Shown here one piece after another: positions 9,232 through 19,195 of a stretch of 35,175 bases of DNA. This DNA comes from an uncultured archaeon (lineage in GTDB: Archaea > Asgardarchaeota > Lokiarchaeia > Sigyniarchaeales > SOKP01). A program made the position numbers and the translations under genes. The notes below the pieces were generated by a model, which ran no database searches, was not told where the DNA came from, and worked only from the letters and a program-made list of their open reading frames with translations. Position 1 is the stretch's first letter, and every line of letters begins with the position of its first letter. The DNA is taken from the NCBI GenBank assembly GCA_964632315.1, contig CAZWEM010000050.1:1-35175 (forward strand), in the 5' to 3' direction.

Positions 9232-10677
9232 TTAATTGAAATCTGGCTTCTTTCCCCGCCATGGGTTAATATCTTCAAATATTTTTGAAACTTGAAGAAC
9301 TGTTAGCTCATCAAATCTATTTCCTACTATTTGCATTCCAACTGGGAGTCCTTTGCTAGTCCAACCACACGGGATTGAAGCGGCTGGATGCCCACTTGCA
9401 TTAAAGGGGTAGGTGAAAGGTAACCACCCTTCAGAGCTCACGGGTTTACCATTTATTATGACTCCGGTTTTTCCGGTTCCTTTTTCAACTTTTGATTTTC
9501 CGAGTTCAAAAGCTGGACACGCTAGTGTGGGTGTGATTAAAACATCGAATTTTTTGAAAGCTCTACAAATCTCTTGATATATGATTTCCCTCTGGATTTC
9601 AGCAATTTTAATCTCTTTTGTTGAAAATTTGTACCCTAGTTTAATCAAATCTACAAGCCCAGGATCCATTTTCTCCTCCGCAGTTTCCATATATGGTCCA
9701 AGACTATACGCAAATCCAGTACTCCATATTATGGAAAATGTAGATTCAGGATCCCTCAATTTAATTTTACTTTTTTCTATGGACCAACCGAAATCTTCAA
9801 ATTTTTGGATAGCATTAAATACTGATTTTTCAACCTCAGGTTCAAGAGCTTGTGCAAATCCTAGATCAAATGAATATCCTATTTTTAAATTACGACGTTC
9901 ATTTTCTATCATTTTCACATAGCTGAAATTAGGTTTTGGAACAGAATATCGGTCAGAATCGTCTTGTCCAGCAATAATATCTAAGATTAATGCAGCATCC
10001 CTTACATTTCTTACAAGAGGACCTTTATGAACAAATGTCCCAAGATAACCCATTAAAGTCATTGTATTTTGTGGAACCCTTCCAAAGGTAGACTTCAAAC
10101 CATAAATCCCACAGAAACAGCTTGGAATTCTAATTGAACCCCCACCATCGGATCCTATGCCAATCGGTCCTAAACCTGAAGCTACTGCCGCCGCCGCTCC
10201 ACCACTAGAACCTCCAGGTGTTCTTTCTAGATTCCAAGGATTTTTAGTTATTCCGAAGATTCTATTATCTGTTTCGCCTTTATATCCAAATGCAGGAGTA
10301 TTTGTTTTTCCTAAAATTACGCAGCCTGCTTCTCTTAGCCTTCTTACCACAGCTTCGTCTTCCCTAGGAATATTATTCTCAAATAGAAAACTCCCATATG
10401 TTGTTCTAATCGTTTTCGTCTCAGTTTCGTCTTTAATTGAAATAGGGATCCCCTGCAAAAGCCCCAACTTTTTCCCATTCTTAATAACCTCATCCGATTT
10501 TTTAGCCATTTCTCTGGCTAATTCAAAAGTGGGTGTACAGTAGGCATTAATTATTGGATTAACTTTTTCTATTCTCTCTATAATGATGTCTGTAATTTCT
10601 TGAGATGTAATTTCTTGAGTTCTTAATTTCTCTCTTATTTCATAAGCAGAAAGAAAGCAAATATCTTCTTTTTTCAT
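9232..10677 (-). CDS. Amidase-signature family amidase (copy 2)
   Basis: IKD, GKTNTPAF, GGSSGG and GSDGGGSIRIPS; colinear with copy 1. Confidence 0.92.
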   Translation of the reverse strand: MKKEDICFLSAYEIREKLRTQEITSQEITDIIIERIEKVNPIINAYCTPTFELAREMAKKSDEVIKNGKKLGLLQGIPISIKDETETKTIRTTYGSFLFENNIPREDEAVVRRLREAGCVILGKTNTPAFGYKGETDNRIFGITKNPWNLERTPGGSSGGAAAAVASGLGPIGIGSDGGGSIRIPSCFCGIYGLKSTFGRVPQNTMTLMGYLGTFVHKGPLVRNVRDAALILDIIAGQDDSDRYSVPKPNFSYVKMIENERRNLKIGYSFDLGFAQALEPEVEKSVFNAIQKFEDFGWSIEKSKIKLRDPESTFSIIWSTGFAYSLGPYMETAEEKMDPGLVDLIKLGYKFSTKEIKIAEIQREIIYQEICRAFKKFDVLITPTLACPAFELGKSKVEKGTGKTGVIINGKPVSSEGWLPFTYPFNASGHPAASIPCGWTSKGLPVGMQIVGNRFDELTVLQVSKIFEDINPWRGKKPDFN

Positions 10678-10719
10678 CCTTATTTCGCCTATATAATGTG
10701 ATAGAATACAAAACGAGAG

Positions 10720-10740
10720 GATTGAATTTAATATTTTTTA
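10720..10740 (-). promoter_or_regulatory. Putative BRE/TATA promoter of amidase copy 2
   Basis: + strand GATTGAATTTAATATTTTTT, 43 nt from the ATG; overlaps the fucI stop codon. Confidence 0.6.
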
Positions 10741-12534
10741 TCCATAAAGTGGACCAAAATTTTTACAAGCCTGAAAGTCAGCATTTTCTAAATTTTCAGT
10801 ACCAAAAGCATTCCACGCGCTTGGTCGAAAAATTAAATCCTCAGAAACATTATGCATATTTACTGGTATTCTCAACATTGAGGCAAGTGTGATGAGATCT
10901 GCCCCAATATGTCCGAAACACAAAGCTCCATGGTTTGCTCCCCAATTATTCATGACATCATAAACCGATTTAAATGCTCCTTTACCAGTTAAACGAGGTA
11001 CAAACCAAGTTGTAGGCCAAGTGTTGTTCGTTCGATCATCCAAAACTTTATGAATTTTTTTTGGAATTTCAATAGCCCAACCTTCTGCTAATTGTAATAC
11101 TAGTCCAAGTCCTTTAACGATATTAACACGTGAAAGTGTCATTGGCATATCTCCTCTCGTTAAGAAGTTAGAAGAGAATCCTCCTCCACGAAAATATTCA
11201 AAAATTACGGGATCCCATTTTGTTGCGCTTAAACACTTTTTAACTTCGTCTTTGTTAATTTCCCAATATGGTTTCATTATTGGTTTACCATCTTTTTCCT
11301 GTTGGCCTGTACCGTCTAAAGAGGCAGATCCAGAATTGATTAAGTGGATCATTCCATCCTTGGCTTTTCCTATTAATTCTATTCCAGTAGTCCTTTTAAC
11401 TGCTTCTGGGCTCCAGTATGTCCTGATATCTGCAAAAATCTGAGCCGTATAGGTTAATACATGACCAAAAAGCATGACTATCCCATTCAAAGCATCATTT
11501 TCAGTTGCCATTAAAAAAGGCTGACGGATTCCGTTCCAATCAAATGAAGAGTTTAAAATTGATTCCATGAAATCCCCATTAGGCATGTGGTCAGTCCAAT
11601 GCCTTTGTCCTTGAAATCCAGCTACAATCGAATTATGCCCCAAAGATTCTTCTCCAAAACCAAGTTCTTTAAGTTTCTTATTTCCTATCATGAGATCTCG
11701 GCAAATCATCGACATCTTTACCATTGTTTCCCACTCATTATCTTTCTGTTCTCGTGTTTTTTGCAGATTTGGTGGATTCGTATCCTTTCCCTCTTTACAC
11801 ATATCTTTGACCCAAATCATCGCTTTTTTAAATTCTTCTTCATCATATATTTTTTCATTAATTCTACGAGTAATTTCAGACATGTCAACGTATTCATTTC
11901 TCATTCCCAGATATTCCTGAAAATAATTCTCATTAATTATTGATCCAGCAATACCCATTGATACGTTTCCAATGGATAAATAAGATTTTCCTCTCATCCA
12001 AGCTACCGCCAAGCCTGCTTTTGCAAATCGTAATAACTTTTCTTTAACATCTTCGGGTATAGTCTGATCATCTGCATCTTGTACGTTATGACTATAGATG
12101 CCAAATGCAGGTAAACCCTTCTGCGAATGAGCTGCGAGAACTGCTGCTAAATAAACTGCCCCTGGACGTTCAGTTCCATTAAATCCCCAAATAGCCTTTG
12201 GAATGAGTGGATCCATGTCCATTGTCTCTGAACCATAGCACCAACAAGGTGTTACAGTGATGGATAGACCCACATTTTCCCTTCTGAACTTATCAGCACA
12301 TTCTCTGGCTTGTGTTACATTACCAATGGTGGTTTCAGCTATGACACACTTTACACCCATTCCATTAGGAAATCGTAAATTCGATTCTAATAAATCAGCA
12401 ACAGTGGATGCTAACTGCATTGTCTGGTCTTCAAGGGATTCTCGAACTCCTTTTTCTCTTCCATCGATGGTTGGTCGAATCCCAATTTGTGGGAGTGTCG
12501 ATCTTAAACGTTTTACTCCTAAATGTAAGCTCAT
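10738..12534 (-). CDS. fucI: L-fucose isomerase
   Basis: [47 protein letters not shown] and WGANHG; 598 aa; SD AAGGAG. Confidence 0.96.
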   Translation of the reverse strand: MSLHLGVKRLRSTLPQIGIRPTIDGREKGVRESLEDQTMQLASTVADLLESNLRFPNGMGVKCVIAETTIGNVTQARECADKFRRENVGLSITVTPCWCYGSETMDMDPLIPKAIWGFNGTERPGAVYLAAVLAAHSQKGLPAFGIYSHNVQDADDQTIPEDVKEKLLRFAKAGLAVAWMRGKSYLSIGNVSMGIAGSIINENYFQEYLGMRNEYVDMSEITRRINEKIYDEEEFKKAMIWVKDMCKEGKDTNPPNLQKTREQKDNEWETMVKMSMICRDLMIGNKKLKELGFGEESLGHNSIVAGFQGQRHWTDHMPNGDFMESILNSSFDWNGIRQPFLMATENDALNGIVMLFGHVLTYTAQIFADIRTYWSPEAVKRTTGIELIGKAKDGMIHLINSGSASLDGTGQQEKDGKPIMKPYWEINKDEVKKCLSATKWDPVIFEYFRGGGFSSNFLTRGDMPMTLSRVNIVKGLGLVLQLAEGWAIEIPKKIHKVLDDRTNNTWPTTWFVPRLTGKGAFKSVYDVMNNWGANHGALCFGHIGADLITLASMLRIPVNMHNVSEDLIFRPSAWNAFGTENLENADFQACKNFGPLYG

Positions 12535-12599
12535 AATTACTCCTTAAGTTTATTTCTTAAATTTTGAAAAAAAAATATGTGTTCTTTGATATTAAAAAA

Positions 12600-13211
12600 C
12601 TACCAAATAGAAAAGTCCTTCTCTTTTGAAAAATCTCTTTTTAATGGTTTTCCCGTCATTAATGTAAGATATCTAATCTTAGCCGATTGTTCAGCACCCG
12701 TGACGTATTGAAGTGCATCTTCTAAAGTCATGCCTTTAGCAAAGATCCCATGTCCTCTTACTATGACAAATGGATAGTTCTTTAGAACTTTTGGTACCTC
12801 TATTGAGGTATAATATGCTCCTGCTGGAATTTCTACATCAATAATCGGAATTTTCTTATATAATGCAAATCCTTCAGCGTCGATGCATGTTATTTCATCC
12901 TCAACTAAGGATAAAGCAACACAATACGGATTATGAGCGTGTATAACAGCCATCGCATCAGTTTCCAGATAAATTGCTCGGTGAACTCCAAGCTCGGTAC
13001 TTGCAATAAGTGAACTGGAATCCTCTTCTTTTAAATCTGTTTCTACTAGGTCTTCTGGTTCTAAATCTCCTAACATTCCCGCTCTACGTTTAATAATTAT
13101 CTTGCCACCATTTTTTATAGAAATATTTCCCGAATGGCTTGTATTATAACCATGTCGAACCAAATGCTTTCCTATCTTTCTAAACGTATGATATATAGAT
13201 TCATCTATCAT
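12600..13211 (-). CDS. fucA: Class II aldolase/adducin family, L-fuculose-1-phosphate aldolase-like
   Basis: SGNIS, ASTELGVH, IHAH and RGHG metal-binding motifs. ATG at 13211 follows GAGGA; the alternative TTG at 13223 overlaps the AOR stop. Adjacent to fucI. Confidence 0.78.
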   Translation of the reverse strand: MIDESIYHTFRKIGKHLVRHGYNTSHSGNISIKNGGKIIIKRRAGMLGDLEPEDLVETDLKEEDSSSLIASTELGVHRAIYLETDAMAVIHAHNPYCVALSLVEDEITCIDAEGFALYKKIPIIDVEIPAGAYYTSIEVPKVLKNYPFVIVRGHGIFAKGMTLEDALQYVTGAEQSAKIRYLTLMTGKPLKRDFSKEKDFSIW

Positions 13212-13219
13212 TTTTATCC

Positions 13220-15010
13220 TCAAATTGGTGATATATTCAGTTCTTTTAATTTTTCTTGCATAGGAATGCCATTTTCATCCCAACCTCGTACGTAATAGAA
13301 TTGCTTTAACATGCTTGATAGAGGAATGATACGATCTTTTGATGGCCCTTCCTTAAGAGGTTGATTCAAGAATCTAGATGGTAATGTGTCATCCTTACTC
13401 GATAATCCCTCTCTAAGATTAAATAATCTTTCTAAATTATAAATTCTCTCTCCTATCCTCGTTAGTTTTATTACATCATAGTCATTTCCCGTAATTGCTT
13501 TCATGAATCGAGCATAATAATCCAAGCCTAATGCCCAACCAGCAAATACACAAACAACTAGACTGTCCTCGGTTGCTTTTTGGTTTTGTTTAAGTGCTAA
13601 TAAATCTGGTTTTCCTCCCGTAGTAAACCTATCGATCTTTTTCGGAGCAGCAAAAATTTCCAATGCTGCTAAATAACCCGTGAGATGACAACCTCCCCTA
13701 TTTGAGGTTGCATAACCTAAAGCATGACCTATTGCTCCTCGAGGGTCGTAAGCAGGAAGCTCGAGATTTTTAACATGGATTGCACTATCTACTGAGTTAT
13801 ACCTTTTTGCTAATCTATAGGCACCTTCACTAATATCTGCACCAATTCCATGTTTATTAGCAATGTCATCGATCAATCCTTTCAAAATAGACTCATTACC
13901 AAATTTCAACATTTCATTTTGGATTATTCCTTTTTGCTGTAATTCCATGGCACAACTAATACTTACACCACAAGAGATTGTATCTAGCCCGAGAGAATTA
14001 CATAAATAATTAGCTTGTGCAACTAATTCCAAATCAAAAATTTCTAAATTTGGTCCCAAAGCCCATACAGATTCATATTCTGGACCCTTTCCTTGTTCTT
14101 TACCTGCTTTTGTCAGCCTTCCACATCGAATAGGACAAGCGTAACATCCTTCTGACTTTTGAAATAATTCTTTATTGATCGATTCTCCGCTAACTTGAAA
14201 TGCTCTTTCATCAAATCCATATTGAAAGTTTTTTATTGGGAACATTCCTAACGTATTTATTACATTAACCAATGCGGAAGTACCAAATTTTGGTAACGAG
14301 GATCGAGTGATTGGAACTACTTTTATTTTATCCTGAGCCACTTTTACATACTTTCTTAGCAACTCAAGATTTTTAATTTCTACTTTTTTTGTACCTCTCT
14401 GCACAACTATGGCTTTCAGCTTCTTTGAACCCATAACCGCACCCACACCACCTCGACCAAATGCTCGGGCAGCATCGTTCATTATTGAAGATATTAATAC
14501 CTCTTTTTCTCCTGCTGGCCCAATCATTAAAGAATTTATTCGTTCTCCTTCGAGTTTTTGCAATTCTTTTAAGCAATCTTCAGTCTTTAAACCCCATAAA
14601 GGGGAAGCATCTTGAATCGTCACTTCTCCTGATTCTGTGATCAGAAGATATCCTGGTGTTTTTAATGACCCTACTATAAAGATTCCATCATATCCACATT
14701 TTTTCATAAATACACCGAAGTTTCCTCCCGAATTTGAGTAGAATATTCCTCCTGTTAATGGAGATTTAGTGACTAAAGAGAACCTGCCATTAGTTGGTAC
14801 GATGGTAGCTCCAAATGGCCCTGTTGTAAAAATTAAGATGTTATTTGAACCCAATGGGTCGGTTTTGGGAGGAATATGATCAATCAATAATTTAACCCCT
14901 AAGCCCCGCCCACCGATGTAATTATCTAATAAATCTTCCGATAAATCTAAGGTTGTAAGTTGCTTTTTGCTAAGATTTACTTTTAATACCCTATTATTCA
15001 TTCCAATCAT
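13220..15010 (-). CDS. aor: Tungsten-type aldehyde:ferredoxin oxidoreductase family protein
   Basis: GGRGLG, KSPLTG, GRGGVGAVMGSKKLKA, CYACPIRCG (Fe-S), EYE, GLDTIS, YDPRG, RGGCHL and DSLVVC. Confidence 0.93.
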   Translation of the reverse strand: MIGMNNRVLKVNLSKKQLTTLDLSEDLLDNYIGGRGLGVKLLIDHIPPKTDPLGSNNILIFTTGPFGATIVPTNGRFSLVTKSPLTGGIFYSNSGGNFGVFMKKCGYDGIFIVGSLKTPGYLLITESGEVTIQDASPLWGLKTEDCLKELQKLEGERINSLMIGPAGEKEVLISSIMNDAARAFGRGGVGAVMGSKKLKAIVVQRGTKKVEIKNLELLRKYVKVAQDKIKVVPITRSSLPKFGTSALVNVINTLGMFPIKNFQYGFDERAFQVSGESINKELFQKSEGCYACPIRCGRLTKAGKEQGKGPEYESVWALGPNLEIFDLELVAQANYLCNSLGLDTISCGVSISCAMELQQKGIIQNEMLKFGNESILKGLIDDIANKHGIGADISEGAYRLAKRYNSVDSAIHVKNLELPAYDPRGAIGHALGYATSNRGGCHLTGYLAALEIFAAPKKIDRFTTGGKPDLLALKQNQKATEDSLVVCVFAGWALGLDYYARFMKAITGNDYDVIKLTRIGERIYNLERLFNLREGLSSKDDTLPSRFLNQPLKEGPSKDRIIPLSSMLKQFYYVRGWDENGIPMQEKLKELNISPI

Positions 15011-15162
15011 AGTCTGTGTTCTCGCGAGATCTCAATATAGGTCTTGGTTGATTAAATAAGGGAATGATCTTTTAAGAAATCAATCTTGAAACTAAAGTAA
15101 CTAATTAATATAATATTTCTTTTTCTAAAGTTATTCTGTTTAAAAAAATAGGTGATCGAAAG

Positions 15163-16479
15163 TTGGAAAAAAAAATTGTCCTAGTTGGTGCAGGCAGCAC
15201 CAGTTTCGGCCCATCTATGTTTACTGATATCTATCATAGTGATTTGCTCGATGGATCAACTATTGTCCTACAGGACACTAATCAAGGTAAACTTAAAATA
15301 ATTTTTGAGCTGTTAGAAGCTGAAAATGATTTAATTGGAAATAAATTTAATTTAGAATACACAATAGATAGAACCAAGGCATTTAAAAATGCTGATTTCA
15401 TAGTAAGTTCAATTGAAATCGGAGATAGGATGAAATTATGGAGAGATGACTATGAAACACCTCGTAAATATGGGTCAACTCAAGTATTAGGAGAATGCGG
15501 TGGGCCTGGTGGAAGCTTACATGCCTTTCGGATCATACCATCCATAATTGAAATTGTTAGAGATGCTGAAAAAATTTGTCCCAATGCCTTTTTCATTAAC
15601 TTTTCAAATCCAATGTCAAGAGTTTGTTTGGCCATAAAGAGAGCTACTAAAAATTTGAAATTCGCTGGTCTTTGTCACCAAATTGGAGCACTTTATCTTC
15701 GTCTGCCTCAAATGCTAGGAATAAAGCTTCCAGAGATAAAAATCAGGCCCTATGGTTTAAACCATTTTGGCTTTCTAATGGGGCTTGAGGAGATCGCAAC
15801 TGGAAGAAATTTGATGCCTGAATTTAATTCCAAAGCATTGGATTATTTTACTAAGTGGGAAGAGAGGTTTGAATTTTCAACATTAACTTTTGAAATCTAT
15901 AAACGATTTGGATGGTTCCCCTACGTTGGAGATAATCATCTTGCGGAATACCTTCAAATTGGAGAGGAATTTACAAAAACTCAAGACATGATAGATTGGA
16001 TCGATAGAACTGAAGATTATAATCAAGGAATCTATAAAAAATTGATGAGATATTATAACCGGTTGAAGAAAGGGAGGTATCCTAAAAGGGGAATGCTAAG
16101 AGGAATCTCTGGAGAAGATGCAATTCCAATAATCGAATCGATTATAAAGGACGATAATGCATATCATACTGCTGTTAATATCCCTAACGATGGAATAGTA
16201 GAAAACCTCCCTCAAGATCTTATCTTGGAATGTCCCGCAACAGGAGATAAAAATGGAGTTCATGGAATTAAATGGGGAAATTTACCAAAAAGTATTGCTG
16301 CATTGCTGCGTATAGAAGCAAGTGTACAAGATATTTGTATCGATGCTATACTAACTAAATCAAAAGAACAAGCCATCACAGCATTAGCAATTGATCCAAA
16401 TCTGGGAAGTTTTGAAAAAGCAGAAGAAATTTTTAAAGAAATGAAACAAAAGTATGATTATTATAATTACTTTAAGTAA
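15163..16479 (+). CDS. GH4 NAD+-dependent glycosidase (alpha-galactosidase/glucosidase-like), copy 1
   Basis: GAGS, GPGG, NFSNP, GLCH and GLNH; TTG start 7 nt after GGTGA. Confidence 0.92.
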   Translation: MEKKIVLVGAGSTSFGPSMFTDIYHSDLLDGSTIVLQDTNQGKLKIIFELLEAENDLIGNKFNLEYTIDRTKAFKNADFIVSSIEIGDRMKLWRDDYETPRKYGSTQVLGECGGPGGSLHAFRIIPSIIEIVRDAEKICPNAFFINFSNPMSRVCLAIKRATKNLKFAGLCHQIGALYLRLPQMLGIKLPEIKIRPYGLNHFGFLMGLEEIATGRNLMPEFNSKALDYFTKWEERFEFSTLTFEIYKRFGWFPYVGDNHLAEYLQIGEEFTKTQDMIDWIDRTEDYNQGIYKKLMRYYNRLKKGRYPKRGMLRGISGEDAIPIIESIIKDDNAYHTAVNIPNDGIVENLPQDLILECPATGDKNGVHGIKWGNLPKSIAALLRIEASVQDICIDAILTKSKEQAITALAIDPNLGSFEKAEEIFKEMKQKYDYYNYFK

Positions 16480-16496
16480 AATGAAGGAGATATAAG

Positions 16497-19184
16497 TTGA
16501 TTAGAACACCTTATAATTTAAAATGTGAATATCTCACAGATCCGATATGTATTGATATAAAAAAGCCTCGTTTTTCTTGGTTGTTAGAACACGAAGAAAG
16601 AAATCAAATCCAGAATTCCTATCAAATAATTGTATCCTCTACGAAAAAGCTAGCTCAAGATGAAAAAGGGGATATTTGGGATTCTGAAAAACAAGTTTCA
16701 AGTGACAATTTTAATATTGTCTATGGTGGTACTGAATTGCAGAGTGATACAATCTATTTCTGGCGAGTGAAATGGTGGGATAAAGATGATAATGAAAGTG
16801 AGTATAGTAAAATCCATATTTTCGGAACTACTTTATTTCAGAGTTCAGACTGGAAAGCTCAATGGATCAGTCAAGAGGAATATATTGATAAAAAGTCTCG
16901 GAAGAAACTTCAATACAAATCTGGAGGAAGAAACATAGCAGGTCGTATTAAGGAATTGCACGCTTTATACCTAAGAAAAGAGTTTTCTTTATCAAAAAGT
17001 ATCAAATCTGCTAAAGTCTATGTTTGTGGAGTAGGATATTACCAATTACAAATAAATGGGAAGAGGATTGGAGACAGAATACTTGATCCCCCCCAGACTG
17101 ATTATAAAAAATTAGTTCTTTATTCTACTTATGATGTATCCAACATCTTGGAAAAGGATAACTCAATTGGAGTGATTTTAGGGAATGGACGCTGTGTTGA
17201 ATTATTTGGTTATGATTTCCCCAAATTGATATTGCAATTAAACATACATTATACTGATGGAAGTAGTGAAATAATTTATACAGATAACTCCTGGAAGATT
17301 TCAAATGGACCTATTAAAGAAAATGGGCTATATTTCGGTGAGATTTATGATGCTAGATTAGAAATGCCAGGATGGGATAAATCTCATTTTGACGATAAAG
17401 AGTGGAAGAACGCAGTCCAGGTAAATGGACATAATTTAGCTTCACAAATGATGCAACCTATTCAAATCACAAAGACTATTCTCCCTAAAGAGATCTATAG
17501 TCCAGAACCAGGGATCTATGTCATGGACTTTAAACAGAATTTTACTGGTTTTGTTAAGATGAAAGTAGATGGACCACGTGGGACTGAAATAAAACTGAGA
17601 TTTTCCGAAATAATACACAAAAATGGAATGATAAATACGGCTACAAATGGAGGTGCCCCCGCAAATGATATTTATATCCTGAAAGGAGATGGTGATGAGA
17701 ATTATGAACCTCATTTCACCTATCATGGGTTTCGTTATGTTGAGATCACGGGATTTCCGGGCGTCCCATCGTTGGATAATTTTGAAGGACTCTTTTTCCA
17801 TTCTAATGTTCCAAAAACAGGAGATTTTTATTGTTCCAATAAATTGATTAATCAAATCCATTCGAACACATTATGGAGCCAATTAAGTAACTTGATGAGC
17901 ATTCCTACAGATTGTCCACAAAGAGACGAGCGTCATGGATGGATGGGGGATGCTCAACTTGCGACTGAGGAAGCAATTTTAAACTTTGATATGGCTCGTT
18001 TTTTTACTAAATACTTGAAAGACATTAGATTGTGCCAAAAGGAAGATGGAAGTATTTCTGATGTTGTTCCCCCTTATTGGGACCTATATCCAGCTGATCC
18101 AGCTTGGGGTAGCGCATATGTAACAATTGCTTGGCATCTTTATTGGTATTATAATGATCTGCGGGTACTAGAGGAAAATTATGAAGGAATGAAAAATTAC
18201 ATTGACTTTTTAATTTCGATTTCTGAAAACGATTTAATATTAATGGGAAAATATGGTGATTGGTGCCCACCGTGTTCAATTGTTTCAAAAAAAACGCCGA
18301 TAGAACTAACTTCATCTTGGTATTTTTATCATGATACTTTTTATTTTTCAAAAATAGCTGAAATCCTTGGAAAAACTGATGATGCCGATTATTATGCAAA
18401 TAAAACAATTGATATTAAAGACGCATTTAACAATAAATTTCTAAATGTAAGCTATGAAACGACAAAGATGTCTCCAGCTGATAGATCTGTAAGCCAAACA
18501 TCGAATGCTTTACCTCTTTACTTGAATATGGTTCCAGAGAAAAAGAAAAAAAATGTCTTATCAACTTTGATCAACACTATTGAAGAAGATTATGATTATC
18601 ATGTTGATACCGGTATCGTGGGTACGAGATATATATTTGAAGTTTTAACTAAAGATGGATTCCCTGATGCTGCTTATAAGATGATAACTCAAGAAAGCTT
18701 TCCAAGTTACGGATACATGATAAAGGAAGGAGCTACCACCTTATGGGAACGTTGGGAAATGTTGGAAGGAGGCGGTATGAACTCTCATAACCATATCATG
18801 TTAGGATCGGTAGATACGTGGTTCTACAAGTTTATAACTGGAATTATATGCGAATCTCCAGGATGGCAACGCATTACAATTAAGCCCTTCATTCCTAATG
18901 ATATGGATTATGCTCATTCATCCATAAAAACCTATAAAGGTAAAATTTCATGTTCTTGGGAAAAATTGGGTAATTCTTTAAAAATATCCACTAGTATTCC
19001 AGTAGGAGTGTCCGCTGAAATTTGGATTCCCCATTTAAATTCCTATAATGAGTTAAAAGAAAGTGGAGAATTGATCTGGTCTCAAAATAAAGCAATTGAG
19101 AGTAAATTTAAGCTTTTAAAAGAGGAAGATAACTTTTTAGTTTATCATCTCGGATCGGGATTTTATACCTTTGATCTTCACTAA
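16497..19184 (+). CDS. Alpha-L-rhamnosidase (GH78)
   Basis: YHGFRYVE, IPTDCPQRDERHGWMGD, YGDW, GATTLWERW and SHNH; TTG start 6 nt after GGAGA; 17 bp after GH4. Confidence 0.95.
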   Translation: MIRTPYNLKCEYLTDPICIDIKKPRFSWLLEHEERNQIQNSYQIIVSSTKKLAQDEKGDIWDSEKQVSSDNFNIVYGGTELQSDTIYFWRVKWWDKDDNESEYSKIHIFGTTLFQSSDWKAQWISQEEYIDKKSRKKLQYKSGGRNIAGRIKELHALYLRKEFSLSKSIKSAKVYVCGVGYYQLQINGKRIGDRILDPPQTDYKKLVLYSTYDVSNILEKDNSIGVILGNGRCVELFGYDFPKLILQLNIHYTDGSSEIIYTDNSWKISNGPIKENGLYFGEIYDARLEMPGWDKSHFDDKEWKNAVQVNGHNLASQMMQPIQITKTILPKEIYSPEPGIYVMDFKQNFTGFVKMKVDGPRGTEIKLRFSEIIHKNGMINTATNGGAPANDIYILKGDGDENYEPHFTYHGFRYVEITGFPGVPSLDNFEGLFFHSNVPKTGDFYCSNKLINQIHSNTLWSQLSNLMSIPTDCPQRDERHGWMGDAQLATEEAILNFDMARFFTKYLKDIRLCQKEDGSISDVVPPYWDLYPADPAWGSAYVTIAWHLYWYYNDLRVLEENYEGMKNYIDFLISISENDLILMGKYGDWCPPCSIVSKKTPIELTSSWYFYHDTFYFSKIAEILGKTDDADYYANKTIDIKDAFNNKFLNVSYETTKMSPADRSVSQTSNALPLYLNMVPEKKKKNVLSTLINTIEEDYDYHVDTGIVGTRYIFEVLTKDGFPDAAYKMITQESFPSYGYMIKEGATTLWERWEMLEGGGMNSHNHIMLGSVDTWFYKFITGIICESPGWQRITIKPFIPNDMDYAHSSIKTYKGKISCSWEKLGNSLKISTSIPVGVSAEIWIPHLNSYNELKESGELIWSQNKAIESKFKLLKEEDNFLVYHLGSGFYTFDLH

Positions 19185-19195
19185 TTTTTATTTAT

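Noticed and set aside
7714-10677. Amidases as GatA (Glu-tRNA amidotransferase subunit A)
   Set aside because: Two tandem copies, no gatB/gatC nearby, and SDGGGSIR rather than the GatA-type SDTGGSIRQP.
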